Source: Eledone cirrhosa
Taxonomy: Eukaryota
NCBI GenBank assembly: GCA_964016885.1
Contig: OZ024743.1
Span: forward strand, 73,408,001 to 73,472,000
Reading direction: 5' to 3'
DNA length: 64,000 nucleotides
Below are positions 49,560 through 64,000 of the stretch, one piece after another. How positions within the stretch are numbered: position 1 is the first letter of the stretch; each line of letters opens with the position of its first letter. Below the pieces are notes generated by a model. That model was not told where the DNA came from. It saw only the letters and a program-made list of their open reading frames with translations, and searched no databases. The position numbers and the translations under genes were made by a program.

Positions 49560-50580
49560 ACAAGCCTTGTCAAGGGTCAGATGCATACAGAAAAGTTCGT
49601 GCCATCCGCCTATAGTTTTCAAAAACATTATTAAGGACAACCGCAAGAGGATATCCAGCTTGTCTTTTAACAAAGTTATCTTCGTCAAAGCACCCTAATA
49701 TATCGCAGCCCAAAGCAACAGCAGCTCCGCTGATAAAATGTCTTACTCTCCAGATAATAACCCCAAAACTAGAAGAAATTTAGATATAAATCCACTATAT
49801 GGTTCTTGCCACCTTCCTCTATTAACGTTAAAATGTATGTAGGTCAAAAATTCATAACAGTCATAGATACACATTTCACTAATACCATCAGATATTTAAC
49901 CAGCACATGGTAAAAAAAACAACTATTCATGCGCCCAAGCATAACATTTTGCATAAAAAATAAACACAAGAGCCCTCTAACATCCGTATGCTCAGGCAGG
50001 AAATCAGAAAAATACCTGCTTGACCAACAACGCAACATTCCAGCTCTGACGTACTAAGTAGAAATTAAATCCACCAACCAGAACTATCACATAGAAAAGT
50101 GAGCATACGTAGACATGTCGAAGAGCCGCTTCAAAAGCCGTTTCCTCAACCGCGAAAGCACCTAAAGAAACCCACACAAGAGGTATAGCACTAAGTTTGC
50201 AAGCCACGTTTGAATCTCAATGATAATTGTTTCTACTATTGGCACAAGGCCAGAAATTACCCAGTACATTACTGGTACTTTATTTTATCGACCCCGTAAG
50301 GATGAAAGGCAAAGTTAACCTCGGCGGGATTTGAACTCAGAATAGCAAGGGCCGTAACTCTATGCATCAAAGCATGGCGTCCGACCCTCTACCGATACTG
50401 CCTTATCCATAAAATAGAAGATCCTAGAAAAACCCCGACCTTACATTTATGGATGGAAGAAGTGCCACTTATCTAAAATTGAAGTATCCTTAGGAACATA
50501 TCTTCTAAAAAGAGATTCTTAAATACTCGTTTGGATTTATCCAGCCACTGCACACATTAAATGAAATTGCTATAATTATA
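49560..50580 (+). pseudogene. Decayed Penelope-like element (RT linker + GIY-YIG) interrupted by a SINE at 50224-50402
   Basis: INVKMYVGQKFITVIDTHF; YVDMSKSRFKSRFLNR...STKFASHV; KILEKPRPY...KKCHL; LNTRLDLSSHCTH. Confidence 0.6.
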
Positions 50581-51078
50581 TATATATATATATATATATG
50601 CAGTAAATTTTGCTTATCAAAATATAACCTCTTATGATAGCTTGGATCTAGCTGTCAAAATGGTCGGAGCTCGGCCGTCGTGATCCAGAATTTTTTCATA
50701 CCTACCCCCCACTCTCCTGAGCGTGAATTTAATAAACATTTATCGTACTGCCTCTCTGTTCTGTCCCTGTTCAATTTTTCATTATATATATATATATATG
50801 AAAATTGAATTGAATTAATAATTTCGCCGTATTTTTTTTACTACACAAAATACGACGAAGTTATTTATATATTCAAATCTCAAATTCCACTACACCATTC
50901 TAATCACGTGATGTTTATGTATATATATATGTGTGTGTGTGTGTGGGTGTGTGGGTGGGTGTCTGTGTGTGTGTGCGTGTGTGATGTGTGTGTGCCTGTG
51001 TGTGGGTGTGCGTGTGTGCGCGTGTGTGTGTAACAGTTCAGCCTTTTATACTATGGATCAAGAAATTCAATTTGTTAA

Positions 51079-51161
<83 letters not shown>

Positions 51162-51285
51162 TTTAATATATCAACTAACATAAGTGCAGAGATGCACGCC
51201 TATGCCAGCAAATACACAGGTTTCAAAGCTCAGATTACAATATATATATATATATATATTGTAATCTGAGCTTTTCGAATATTAA

Positions 51286-51470
51286 TAATTGTTTCTACTT
51301 TTGGCACAAGGCCAGCAATTATGCCAGGGTATTACTGGTACTTTATTTTATCGACCCCATAAGGATGAAAGGCAAAGTTAACCTCGGCGTGATTTGAAAT
51401 CAGATCATAAAGGGCCGTAACTCTTTGCTGCAAAGCATGGCGTCCGACTCTCTACCGATACTGCCAATCC
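51286..51470 (-). mobile_element. Deu/Nin-like SINE
   Basis: SINE consensus on the minus strand. Confidence 0.85.
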
Positions 51471-53310
51471 ATCGATTCGTTTTCAATTATGCACACAAGC
51501 CTCATTTTTAAAGCCATGTCAGTAGAATGAACCGTTCATTCTTCCTCTTGTGTAAACAGTGTGTATTCTACAATGTGAATCCATAAAACAGATGGAATAT
51601 ATGTGGTTTTATTCTTTGTTCGTACGAATATGTATTAACTTAGTAAGTGATATGTTATTGCTCCTTGCTTAAACGATATTTGTAGCATGCAGTGAATTCT
51701 GCTTATCAAAATATAACCTCTCATGATAGCCTTTTTCTATTCTGCCTGTACTGCTGACATGATCTCAGCAGACTTTCAATACTTTCTACATCTTTTATAT
51801 ATGTCTCTGTCTCTTTAAATTGGAAAGATACCAACATATATGTCTCTTTAACTTTAATTAATTTAAATCCGAACTTATTGCATTTTCAATATGAGAATTA
51901 TTATATTAAAGAAACAACATAATTTGCATAACAAGTTACATTCAGAGAATCAGATTGGAACATGTATTTTTTTTATACCAAACATTCCAATTAAGATATC
52001 TGTTTTATAACGATACCTACGTGAAAAACTGTTGTAACAATTGCTATGTCTCAATTGTAAAAGTATTTCGTTGAATGTCTCAGTAATATTGTGAAATCCT
52101 AGAAGCAATATTAATTAGCTGAATATGCGTAATTCATTGTTGGCTTCAAGAGATAAAATATCAATAAATTACGTGTTCAGAATGTTTTAGTCTCATAATT
52201 AATACGGCCTGAAGTTAAATTTTCAAAGACTGCTTTGGGAGGAAACTTCACTAGTTCAATGTTGATCAAATAGCATTTGATCAAAGGATAATATTATTTT
52301 AATATTTAGACCTCTACTATTAAAAACTTTATATCGCTATATTATCAGTCCTGATGCTTTATATCAAAACTGTTTTCTTCCAGACTTTGCAATAAAATTA
52401 CCAGTACTAATGATGATAAGGAACTCTCTTATTTACGTGACCTCGTTAATAGAATATTCTGTTTTTTCTCACATTTTATATAATGTATTCAATCCCTACA
52501 CGACACACTTTATAGTCAGTGATAGGATCTTCATTAATCCGCTTCATAGCAACATAAGTCACGATTATTTATTTTAATATGAACTATAAATTCTCCAACT
52601 TCCATATCTCTACAATTCAGTTTTCCTGGCCTTATCTCTTTCCCTCAGTTTTTGTGACTCTATTTCTAAATAGTTATAGCCTTCTAAAAACAATATTTTC
52701 CATTCTATATTATTACATCTCAGCATGCCACATGGAGACATGATTGACATTAAGTTTCGTCGAAATATTGCCCTCTAAAACTTGCAGTAAACCAATATAT
52801 TTTTGCCAAAATGTTATTGGAAACATTCCCTTTCTACTATTTTATTGATATTATATTAGAAAAGACGGTGGATTGGTAGATTAAAGCGTCGAAATTTAAG
52901 TTTTATTCTTCCGAGGTCGCTAAAGAAAAAGCAAGAGTCATTAACATTCCAAATATTCTGCATATAATAACTGCATATACACATGTACAGATACAAAAAC
53001 ATATACACATGTACAGATACAAAAACATATACACATGCACACATATATCTCAAAACATACAAATCCACATATATAATAACAACCATGCCTGCACACACAC
53101 GCATGGATGCAGACATGCAGAAATATCTACCTAGTTGATGTTGATTAAATTCCAATCAAAGTCTTGTGTCTATGTTAAAAACCGACTCTCTCTCTCTGTT
53201 GTTAAAAATTCATCAAATTATAAAACCAGAAGAAAATACATACATATTAACTAGTAAAATCCCAACGGAAGGCCTAGTTCGTTTAGCTGGTCTGCAAGCC
53301 TATATATACA

Positions 53311-53414
<104 letters not shown>

Positions 53415-53996
53415 CACCCCCTCTCTCTATCTCTCTCTCACACTCTCCCTCTCTCTCTCTCACTCTCTCTGTTAATATACTCGGTTTTGTTTCAAAAAAG
53501 AAAAAAGAAAGAAATATATCAAAACTGTTCTTCTAAATACCGAAAAATTCATTTTACTGCCCAAAGAGAAGAGAGGAGAATCGATATTTTCCAAATTAAA
53601 TATCTCAAATTGATTTGCAGAGAATTTATCTTTTAGACATATAAAATGACTATTGAATTTAGAATGGTACGTGTTAAAAATTGACTTCAAAGCAATATAA
53701 GAAAGTTAGAAAAATATAAAGAGAAATTATTTTGCGGAAATTAAAATCAAATAAAGAAAAAGATGAACCTCGGTGGAAAATTACACGGAATCTTGCTTTT
53801 GAGGCTGTGAAAATATCGACATTTAAGGCAGAGTAAACATTGTTATATGATGGAGGAAACGTGATTGTTAAAGAAATGGGAAGAATAAACCTCCACATAT
53901 GATAGACAACAGAAGCAGCGTACATTTTATAGAAGACATTTGACGATAGAAGAGGGAAGAGAGATTGGAAAATATGTGTATTCATATATGTTTGCT

Positions 53997-54031
<35 letters not shown>

Positions 54032-54083
54032 ATGTGTGTTTATTTATATATATATGTGTATATATATATTTATATGTAATATG

Positions 54084-54114
<31 letters not shown>

Positions 54115-54610
54115 CTGTGTGTGTGTGTGTGTGAGAATGTGTGTTTGAAAATCAAATTATGCAATTATTGATTTCTTATAAACATTTCTTGTACTGATAT
54201 TAACAAATATGGAGACGAACGAAACTGTTCATTTGTATTGTGATTTCCTTCTACGTATCGGCATGTGTACATATGTATGTATATATATGTGTATGTATGT
54301 ATAGGTGTGAGGGTGTCACTGTCTGGTTCTGTATGAGTACGTGTCTCTGTGTGTGAAAGAAAATCTAAGAACTAAAGACACATGTGAACAATATAATGTA
54401 ATATAACTTAGATTAACGCTTGAGTCGGAAAAGAATATTAACGTTTCAGACGGTAATCATTCATCAGATGATAGAAAAAGAGAAAAAAATGGAATGTTTA
54501 GAAGATAGAAGAAAATGAAAGCAGAAAAAGCGTAAAAAGTAAAATAGGAAAAACAGAAGAGGTGAGATAAACACATATTTCTGTTAGTAGGTCATCTATA
54601 GTCGATGTAT

Positions 54611-54661
54611 AGATTCAGAAGATCCTGCTTAGGGTGAAAGCTGTAGTTTATTGCTTAAACT
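54611..54661 (+). ncRNA. Diverged CAGAAGA-core hammerhead-like motif
   Basis: AGaUU-CAGAAGA-U-CCU-gcuua-GGG-U-GAAA-GC...GC-UU/AAACU. Confidence 0.5.
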
Positions 54662-54883
54662 TGTAATATGTACTAATATATATATATATATATATAGTGA
54701 TATACTTGGGGAGGGTCATATTGTTGTAGAATATTGCCAGAAATAATAACAGAACACACTCACTGTTTGGTTGGTTTTCGCTTCTGTATCTTTTATATCT
54801 CCATGGTTAATTTATTTGGCAATCAATGTTTATCATTGATTGACCAACGGTTGAAAATACAGATATAAATATATATATATAGT

Positions 54884-54929
54884 CTATCAAAGTTCTTTCG
54901 TTACACATCTGCAACATCATCAGTGGTAA
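54884..54929 (-). ncRNA. Minimal hammerhead motif
   Basis: UUAcCA-CUGAUGA-U-GUUGCA-gaug-UGUAAC-GAAA-GAAC-UU/UGaUAG. Probable relative near 8020-8062. Confidence 0.7.
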
Positions 54930-55204
54930 TATTATGTTACCTCCCATTATTTTGTATTGTACGCCATTTCTATTTTATTTATTTATTCTTGTCACCGTCT
55001 CTTCACATGCATCTGCGTGTGTGTATAACGTTTGGTGTGTGTGTTCGTGTTTGAGTGTTTGTTTTTGTATTCTATCTTTTTCCACTAGTGTGTGTTTATA
55101 TGTGTTTCTTGTTATTGTACATGTGTATATATTTATTTCTTTATTTATTTATATTTCCCTTAAGTCGGAGGCGATATTCAGTTAATTCCGGTTTATTTAA
55201 AACT

Positions 55205-55262
55205 CCGTTATACATATTTCACTGAGGGCTATCAGCTTAGATATCCTGAGCTCTTCGGACGG
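55205..55262 (-). ncRNA. Hammerhead motif with CCGAAGA core
   Basis: CCGU-CCGAAGA-long stem II-GAAA-UAUGUA-UA/ACGG. Confidence 0.55.
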
Positions 55263-55338
55263 CAAAACCTAAAAATGAAACATTTCAAGCGTTAAGCTGG
55301 TATATTCCTTCCATATACTGCACCGATTGTGTTTTTAT

Positions 55339-55419
<81 letters not shown>

Positions 55420-55428
55420 CATATATAT

Positions 55429-55549
<121 letters not shown>

Positions 55550-55808
55550 AGATTGGAAATAGCACTGAAAATATATTTAAGGGTATGTTTTTCTTTTCTT
55601 CCCCTTTTCTTTGAATGAGAAGGACAATGTTTTTAAAAAACGAGTTTTATAATGTATATGAAGTATATAAAGTATTACTGGTTTCGATGTATTAGTAAAA
55701 TTCATCTAATCAAAAGTTGAATGTTACAATTAAAAAGAATAAATAAGAATTAAAAACTAAAAATTAAAGATTTAAAATCAAGTGTTGAGGTAAGTTTTAG
55801 CGCATATA

Positions 55809-55874
<66 letters not shown>

Positions 55875-56224
55875 GGTTTGGGATGCTTAAAGCGTCCGTA
55901 TGCGGTAGCCGTATGAGCACTCGATGCCCTCGTGGAGCAAAGTATGATATCACATAAAAAAGAGAATCAGTGTTTCGACGAAGGAATTTATTGGACGTAT
56001 TACAAATGTTTCTCGGGCGACCAGCTCGAGGCACGATCGATATGTTGATCATACCTGACTCTGAAATCTCTCGGTCGTCATATATGTCTCGATTCTACGA
56101 AGCAGATTTTCCTATGGGAAATCAACATATCGATCCTGCCTCGAGCTGATAACATGTCCAATAAATTCCTTTCGTCGCAACACTGATTCTCTTTTTTATG
56201 TGATATATATAAATAAAGATATAA

Positions 56225-56323
<99 letters not shown>

Positions 56324-56940
56324 AGAGGAGGATGAGCACACGCGTTGGAATATATATATGTGAAAATAGGGAGAAAAAGAAGATTATTAGGAAGAAAAAT
56401 GTATTTTTTTCACTTTATTTTTTTCTCTTTTTTCTGGGTTAGAAAATGTTTAAAACAAAATATTTTACTTTGTGTGAAGTGTTAAGGTATTTGTTAATGT
56501 ATTTATTAATTAACAATGACATTTATTTTTTTATTTATATATTTAATAATTGTCTATTTCCGGTTTCAGCATTTTATGCATTATCAAAGGGGGGAATTTG
56601 TATTGGTATAAAATGTAGGAGATATTGTGATGTTGAACATGTTAAGGAAATGGGAAAGAAAGAATATTATTATTTACAAACAAGGTTTTTGAAGTAAAAA
56701 GAAAAAAGAAAAAAAAGGGGGTGATGTGGAACATAATAACGTAATGGGGAAAAAAAGAATATTATTTACAGGTATAGTTCTTGAGGATAAGCAGTTCAAA
56801 AAGTGCTATTGTGGCAAGAGCATTTGGTTGGTCCATCCCATTACCTTATAATGGGATGGACCAACCAAAAGTGTCCGAAATGTAAAGATTATTTTCCTAC
56901 AATATCATCGGTTGAACTAATGTATTTCTTCATTGTACTG

Positions 56941-58150
<1,210 letters not shown>

Positions 58151-58153
58151 ATA

Positions 58154-58791
58154 TATAAAGAAAAAAGATTAAATCGAAAATGCAACTGGAGTCTTATTTT
58201 AAAAAAATATATATATTTATTTGGTTCCTTTACCGGTTTCGCAGTTCTTCTGCTTTTCAAAAGTAGAGTTGAGATGGAGGGTCTGTGGTTTTTCTTACAT
58301 CTGGTTGGTCTCTGAATGTTACATGTTTTATATGAAAAAAGTGGCTCGAAATGCTAGGTTTTTCGAGAAGTAATTTGATTGGTTTGTCAATAATTATAAT
58401 AAATTTCGCGCCAGTTTGCGTTACAAAGTTCTTCAAACAAGGTGGGGGGGTGTCACAGGTTGTTTTTTTCATATATGAATGTTTGAATTTCTTTTTACTT
58501 TAAAAAAAGGGGGGGGCTCACGAAGGCTTTTTTTTAATAAACGTAATTTGATTGGTTATAAATGAAATTATGGTTGTCACGTGAACAAGTTTTCATTAAA
58601 TTATCGCGCCCTTATTTGGAAATCTATTCTGTAGCCTTTTTAGAGAGTGTTAAGCAAAAGATAATGGTCAAGAGAAATTGGATGGGAGAATTGTTCTGGT
58701 TCAGTGAATATGGTTAGTTCTCTGGGGTGTCAGAATTCAGATTTTCTATTGAAGTAAAGAAAGTAATGATGTGTATGTTTATTTATATGCT

Positions 58792-58822
<31 letters not shown>

Positions 58823-61800
58823 TGGAAGATGATTCTATTAGTAGAAATGGGGGAGGGAGTTGTGTGTGTATATGGGTGTTATGTGTGTGTGTGTGGGAGT
58901 ATGTTAAGATGGAGAGAATATATATATTTTGTGTGTGTATATATGTGTGTAGGAAAGTGATTCTATTAGTAGAAATGGGGGAGGGAATTGTGTGTGTGTG
59001 GGTGGGGGTTGTTATGTGTGTATATGGGTGTTATGTGTGTGGGAGTATAGTTAGCATGTTAAGATGAAGAGAATATATATATATTGTGTGTGTGTGTGTG
59101 TGTGTGTAGGAAATGATTCCTTTAGTAGGAATATTTTTGAATGAACATATTTTCCTTACTTATTCGTATTTGTTCTGTTATATTATCCGTGCAAACGTAT
59201 GTTAAGGTTTATTTAGTTCGGGTTTTTATTTTCTAAAGTAGAAGGTGTTATGTGTGTGTGTATGTGTATGTGTCTGTTTGGATGGTTAGCATGTTATGGT
59301 GTTGACATAATTTATATTAAACCATATTTAATGCTGGTCTATATTTTTGAATAAACATATTTTTCTTATTTATTCGTATTTGTTCTGTTGTATTGTTAGC
59401 GCAAAGGTAAAATGGGAAGACTTGGAATTTGGGTGTCTTATTACTTGCGCATATGTCTAGATGTGCGCTTAGTGGTATCTGTCTCGTGGTTGGATCTCGT
59501 AATTATTGGCGTTGAACTGTCATTCTGTTTCTGAGTGTGAGTTTAGTTTGTCCTATATAATCTTCATTGCATCCTTTACATTTAATGGCATAAACAAGAT
59601 TTTTTGATGAGCAAGTGAAGTGATTTTTTACAGTAAAATTTTGTCCTGATTTAAATGTATACGTGTTGCCTTCAATGAGGTGAGTGCAGGTCCCACAATT
59701 AGAGCGACCATATTTTTTGACACTTGGTTGTGGGTATGTGGTAGGTAATTTGGCATTGGTGAGTAATGTTTTCAGTGATTTCGGTTGTCTTTTGCTTTTG
59801 ATTATTTTGTGTGTTTCAAGGGCTTTTTCATTATTGGGTTTTGTTTTAGTAGTGGGATGTTCTTGTGAATAATGTTGTAAGCTTCCGCATTTCTTGGGTT
59901 GTGTGTTGAGATATATGATAGAATATTGGACGTACCTTGAATTTGTTTCTGTTTTCGTAATTCATCAATGCCTGTTGCTTTAGCCCTTTCTATTCCATTA
60001 TTTATTAGTAATGGTGGGTACTCTCTTTCGAATAGAATTTCCTTTAATTCTTGAAGTCTTTTATTTCGCGTTTCATAATTGGAGACAATTGTGCAAATTC
60101 TTCTTGCTAGGTTAACAGGAATGTTCGTCTTCGTGTGCTTTGGGTGGTTGGAGGTGAATAGCAGGTATTGTTTGGAATCTGTTGGTTTGTAGTGTATGTC
60201 AGTTTCAATATTTGTGTCTTTTTTTTAGATTAAGATGTCCAGAAATGGGAGTTGATCTTGGCTGTATTCTATTGTGAATTGGATGTGGTTATTGATGCCG
60301 TTTATTAAGTTTTTGAAATCCTTCAGTTGGTCGAGTGTGTGGGACCAAAGAATGAGACAATCATCCAAGTAGCGTTTCCAATTGTCTGATAAATATTTGT
60401 GGAAGTTCAATCCGTATTTTGATTTGGACTGTTCATATATCGGGACTTCTAAGTATGCCATGACTAAGTTGGCATAAGTTGGAGCGGCTTTTGTACCCAT
60501 CGCAGTCCCCGATATTTGCTTGTAAGTACTGCCATCGAAATCAAAAAAGTTGTTCTGTAAGATGAATTTTAATCCCTCGGTGATGAAGCTTTTTTCTATT
60601 CAGCCAGGTATCTTATTGGGATATTTCTCTAGCCAGAATCGCATTGCTTCTAGTCGTATTGGTGTGGGATCGTTTTGTAGAGATTTACTACATCGAAAGA
60701 CACAATAATAGTATCGTTGTTGACATGTTTCGGGAGGTGGTTTAAGAAGTCCAGATCGTCTCTTACAAGACTTGGTATGTGTTTGAGAATTGGTTTTAGT
60801 AGTATGTCTATAAAGTTGCTCAGTCTGTGTGTTTCACATTGTGGGCCAGCTACAATTGGTCTTAATTTAAGGTCTGTGGGGTATTGTGTGTTCACGCAGG
60901 CTGAGGTGGATTGTTTACAGGCATCGTTAATTATTTTACACTTGTGGATCTTCGGAAGTCCGTAAAGGATGCTGGTTTTGTATTCAAAATGTGTTAAATA
61001 ATCGCGTTCCTTTTTAGTTAGGTCTTCTTGGTATCGATAAATCAGTGTGTTTAATCTGGTCATTGTTTTTGATTGCTGGTAGTTTTTTACTCTTTCATTG
61101 TAATTAGTATTTTGTAAGAGAGAGAACATAGAATTTTTATATTTTTCAGCCTCCATAATGACAACAGTACTTCCCTTGTCCGCTTCCTTAATTATAATGT
61201 CCGTATTGTTTTTTAGTTCATGGATAATCTCCCATTCCCTTCGACTCGTGTTGGGTTTGGGTTTAGGTTGCGGTAGTTCTTTGTATGGGAAAGTAGCTAT
61301 GTGGTCACAAAATTTATCCAGAACTCTGTTTCTACTTTTTGTTGGGTTGTAGCTGCTTTTATTCCGTACAATTGATTAGTCGTTATTCTCCTTGTCAAAG
61401 AATTCCTCTGTGAGACGTAATTTTCTACAGAAGTGTGAGATATCGTCATTTATCTCATTGGGGTTAGAGTATTGTGGTGTTGGTGTGAATTTCAGTCCTT
61501 TGGAGAGAATATTTACTTGTTGGGCTGAGAGGTTTGTATTTGAAAGGTTTTTCAAAATCGGTTTGTGCCACCGGGTGTCGTGGGTCCTGTAGCCTTGGTC
61601 TAAAAAATGATTTTTTCTGGAATGTTTTTTCAATGGTATTATTATATCTAATGGTATTTTCCCTGTTGTTGTATGGTCTTGTATAGAAGTTTTGGACATA
61701 TTGAGGTTCGGTTTGTTGATAGTCCGGGTTGTAGATTTTTTCCTTTGTGTGGGTTGGGATCTACGGTTTTGGAACAGGCTCTGTGTGGGCAGGGGTCTAC

Positions 61801-62751
61801 GGTTTTGGAATAGGTTTTGTGTGGGTTGTGATCTGCGGATCGGGTCCTGCCTTGTGTTCGGGGATCTTCGGTTTTTGTTAGTAGGGTTGGTTATAGTTTT
61901 GTCTATGGTTTCTGGGATTATCGTTATAGTTTTGCTGGAGGTATGTTGGACGTTTTGTTACTTTTTTTGTTATTTGTTGTGCATGTGGTGTGTGAGTTTT
62001 AGTTTGTTTTAAAAATGGGTTACCTGTATGTTGTTAATTTTTGAAGTCCATTTCGTAGTTGTTGAACCAGGTAGCGTTTTTTTTCCATCACTGGAGGGAT
62101 GTTAGTTCTTCATCCTCACAGTTTTCTTTCCAAAGTGTTAAGGTTTTTTCGTAGAGTAGGCCTTCAGAGTGCTTTGAGATTTATGTGTCCATCTGTTGGT
62201 CGAGTGACTTGAATTTTTCTTCGTTGGAGTTGGCTCTTAATTGCAACAGTTCTATTTCTATTTTTAATTTTTCTAACGCCGTCTTTTCCTTAAGTCTTTG
62301 TTGGTTTTCTGGTTCATTCGGGATGGGTTTTATTTGGAGTTTTGGGGGGAGGATGATTGGGGTAGAGTTTAGCCACTTTTCATATATGTCTGCCGTGCCA
62401 TTATTTTTTAGGAGATTCCAAAGGGCGAATTTGCGGGCTGTGAGCTTTTGAGTCCATATGATGATTAGGGTGTTTTTCACTGAGTGGACATCTCGTAGAT
62501 GGCGCTAAATTTATTATAATTATTGACCAACCAATCAAATTACTTCTCGAAAAACCTGGCATTTCGAGCCACTTTTTAAGTAACATTCAGAGACCAACCA
62601 GATGTGAGAAAAACCACAGACCCTCCATCTCAACTCTACTTTTGAAAAGCAGAAGAACTGCGAAACCGGTAAAGGAACCAAATAAATATATATATTTTTT
62701 TTTAAATAAGACTCCAGTTCCATTTTCGATTTCATCTTTTTTTTCTTTATA
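58154..62751 (-). mobile_element. Penelope-like retroelement (RT + GIY-YIG, decayed) with inverted ~255-bp terminal repeats
   Basis: LSKGLKFTPTP, ADKG, LYGLPKIHK, LRPIV, VSFDVVNLY, GTAMGT..AP.YANL.M, RYLDD, LPFLD, YKPTD; GIY-YIG NLVYAIKC..C...YIGQT near 59500-59620. 58154-58413 is inverted at 62500-62751. Confidence 0.9.
62639..62674 (+). ncRNA. Minimal hammerhead with U3/A8 core variant in the Penelope terminal repeat (identical copy 58228-58263 minus)
   Basis: CUU-UUGAAAA-GCAG-aagaa-CUGC-GAAA-CCGG-UA/AAG. Confidence 0.6.
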
Positions 62752-62816
62752 CGTTCACTCGTGTAGAATACCTCGGTAATTTTTCATTTTGTAAAAAAAA
62801 CCTCACTTTCTAATAT

Positions 62817-63532
62817 ATATAAAAGAAATAGGATTTCGCTTCAAGCATAGCTTTATACAATATGTATAAATATTTCGTATCTCCAAAGAAATACAGTTTT
62901 AGGAAGCCGTAGCTATGCAAACACCGGAGGGCTAACGCCCTCTGGTGATGTCCAGCAGAAGCAAGGGAGACAACCGTCTATGCATTTCAGGCTTAACTGG
63001 CCTTCGTCAGGACGGTCCCTCCCACCGCTTGCGACTGCTGGAGTAGAAGACAGCTGAGAATATATAATTTTCTCGTCTGTGTAAATGAGCTAATTAAGCT
63101 CATTTGCATATGAAGCTCCATAAGTTGTCTCAACTTATAATAAAAATGAAATAGGATTTCGCTTCAAGCATAGCTCTATACATGTACGAAATATTTATAC
63201 ATATTGTATAAAGCTATGCTTGAAGCGAAATCCTATTTCTTTTTTATTATAGGTTGAGCCAACTTATGCAGCTTCATATGCAAATGAGATTAATCACCTC
63301 ATTTACACAGACGAGAAAAATATATATTCTCAGCTGTCTTCTAGTCCAGCAGTCGCAAGCGGTGGGAGGGACCGTCCTGACGAAGACCAGTTAAACCTGA
63401 AATGCATAGACGGTTGTCCCCCTTGCTTCTGCTGGACATCACCAGAGGGCGTTAGCCCCCCCCCCCCCCGTGTTTGCATAGCTACGGCTTCCTAAAACTG
63501 TATTTCTTTGGAGATACGAATTATTTATACAT
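62817..63532. mobile_element. Retrozyme-like fold-back element built from a ~323-bp hammerhead-containing unit
   Basis: GAAATAGGATTTCGCTTCAAGCATAGCT recurs at 62825 and 63148. The strand inverts at ~63183. Confidence 0.75.
62973..63016 (-). ncRNA. Canonical minimal type I hammerhead ribozyme (sister copy 63371-63414 plus, stem II mutated)
   Basis: ACCGUC-CUGACGA-AGGC-caguuaa-GCCU-GAAA-UGCA-UA/GACGGU. Confidence 0.85.
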
Positions 63533-63604
63533 ATATATATATACTTATGTATGCACATGTATTTCTGTTTCCCTTTAATAACACTATTTTCTTTTCTCAA
63601 ACAG

Positions 63605-63841
63605 AATGGTTATATAAGCTCAACCCTCCATTCCTTCGTAGCCATGAACACCAATTTCACTATTCTCAGCTATTTACCATTAAGGGAAGGTCACATTGAT
63701 GATACCTTGAATAACACTAAAATCTATACGCGTGCCGTTGTTACGGATATTGTTGAAATGTTGAAGGAGACTTCTCTGTGCTTCAAACGATATCCTAGCA
63801 CTGAGGAAATGAGGGAGAAAACGAAAAGAAAGCTACAAAAG
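63605..63841 (+). CDS. Putative host-gene exon (237 bp, phase 0), continuation of the iGluR-like N-terminal domain
   Basis: TTTTCTTTTCTCAAACAG acceptor and AAG|GTAACT donor. Open frame NGYISSTLHSFVAMNTNFTILSY...RAVVTDIVEML...KLQK echoes the N.TGF and A.L.YDAV motifs. Confidence 0.65.
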
Positions 63842-64000
63842 GTAACTTTAATGATTATAAAATGTTATAGTTTGCTTGACGTGTTATATATGATATATTA
63901 TGCAGAATGTTATATAAGGCTAAACAATGCAAAATGGACTATAAGATGAAGGTAACAAAAGAGTAAGTTAGCGGGTAATCTTTGTTTGTCTGTTTTTGTT

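Noticed and set aside
58154-62751. DNA transposon or LTR element suggested by terminal repeats
   Set aside because: The internal coding remnants are Penelope-type RT and GIY-YIG, and inverted pLTRs are a known PLE configuration.

Overview
Eukaryotic, AT-rich, microsatellite-saturated DNA. The SINE types and repeat content suggest an octopod cephalopod (inference). Two phase-0 coding exons (11563-11616 and 63605-63841, + strand) join into a sequence resembling the N-terminal (LIVBP/ANF-receptor) domain of an ionotropic glutamate receptor-like protein, so most of the window appears to be one ~52 kb intron filled with transposons. Contents: a mariner relic and RTE fragments; many tRNA-derived SINEs; and a ~23 kb cluster (22.8-46 kb) of (AAT)n-anchored non-LTR retrotransposons, comprising two tandem full-length Tx1/L1-type elements (one with intact ORFs) and R4/Dong-type RLE elements. 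There is also a near-complete Penelope-like element with inverted termini, plus several Penelope relics. The most striking hidden signal is about 20 minimal type I hammerhead ribozyme motifs from several unrelated sequence families. Most sit in outward-pointing fold-back elements. They include non-canonical core variants and a 323-bp circularly permuted, retrozyme-like unit. All structures were read by eye and none was verified computationally.
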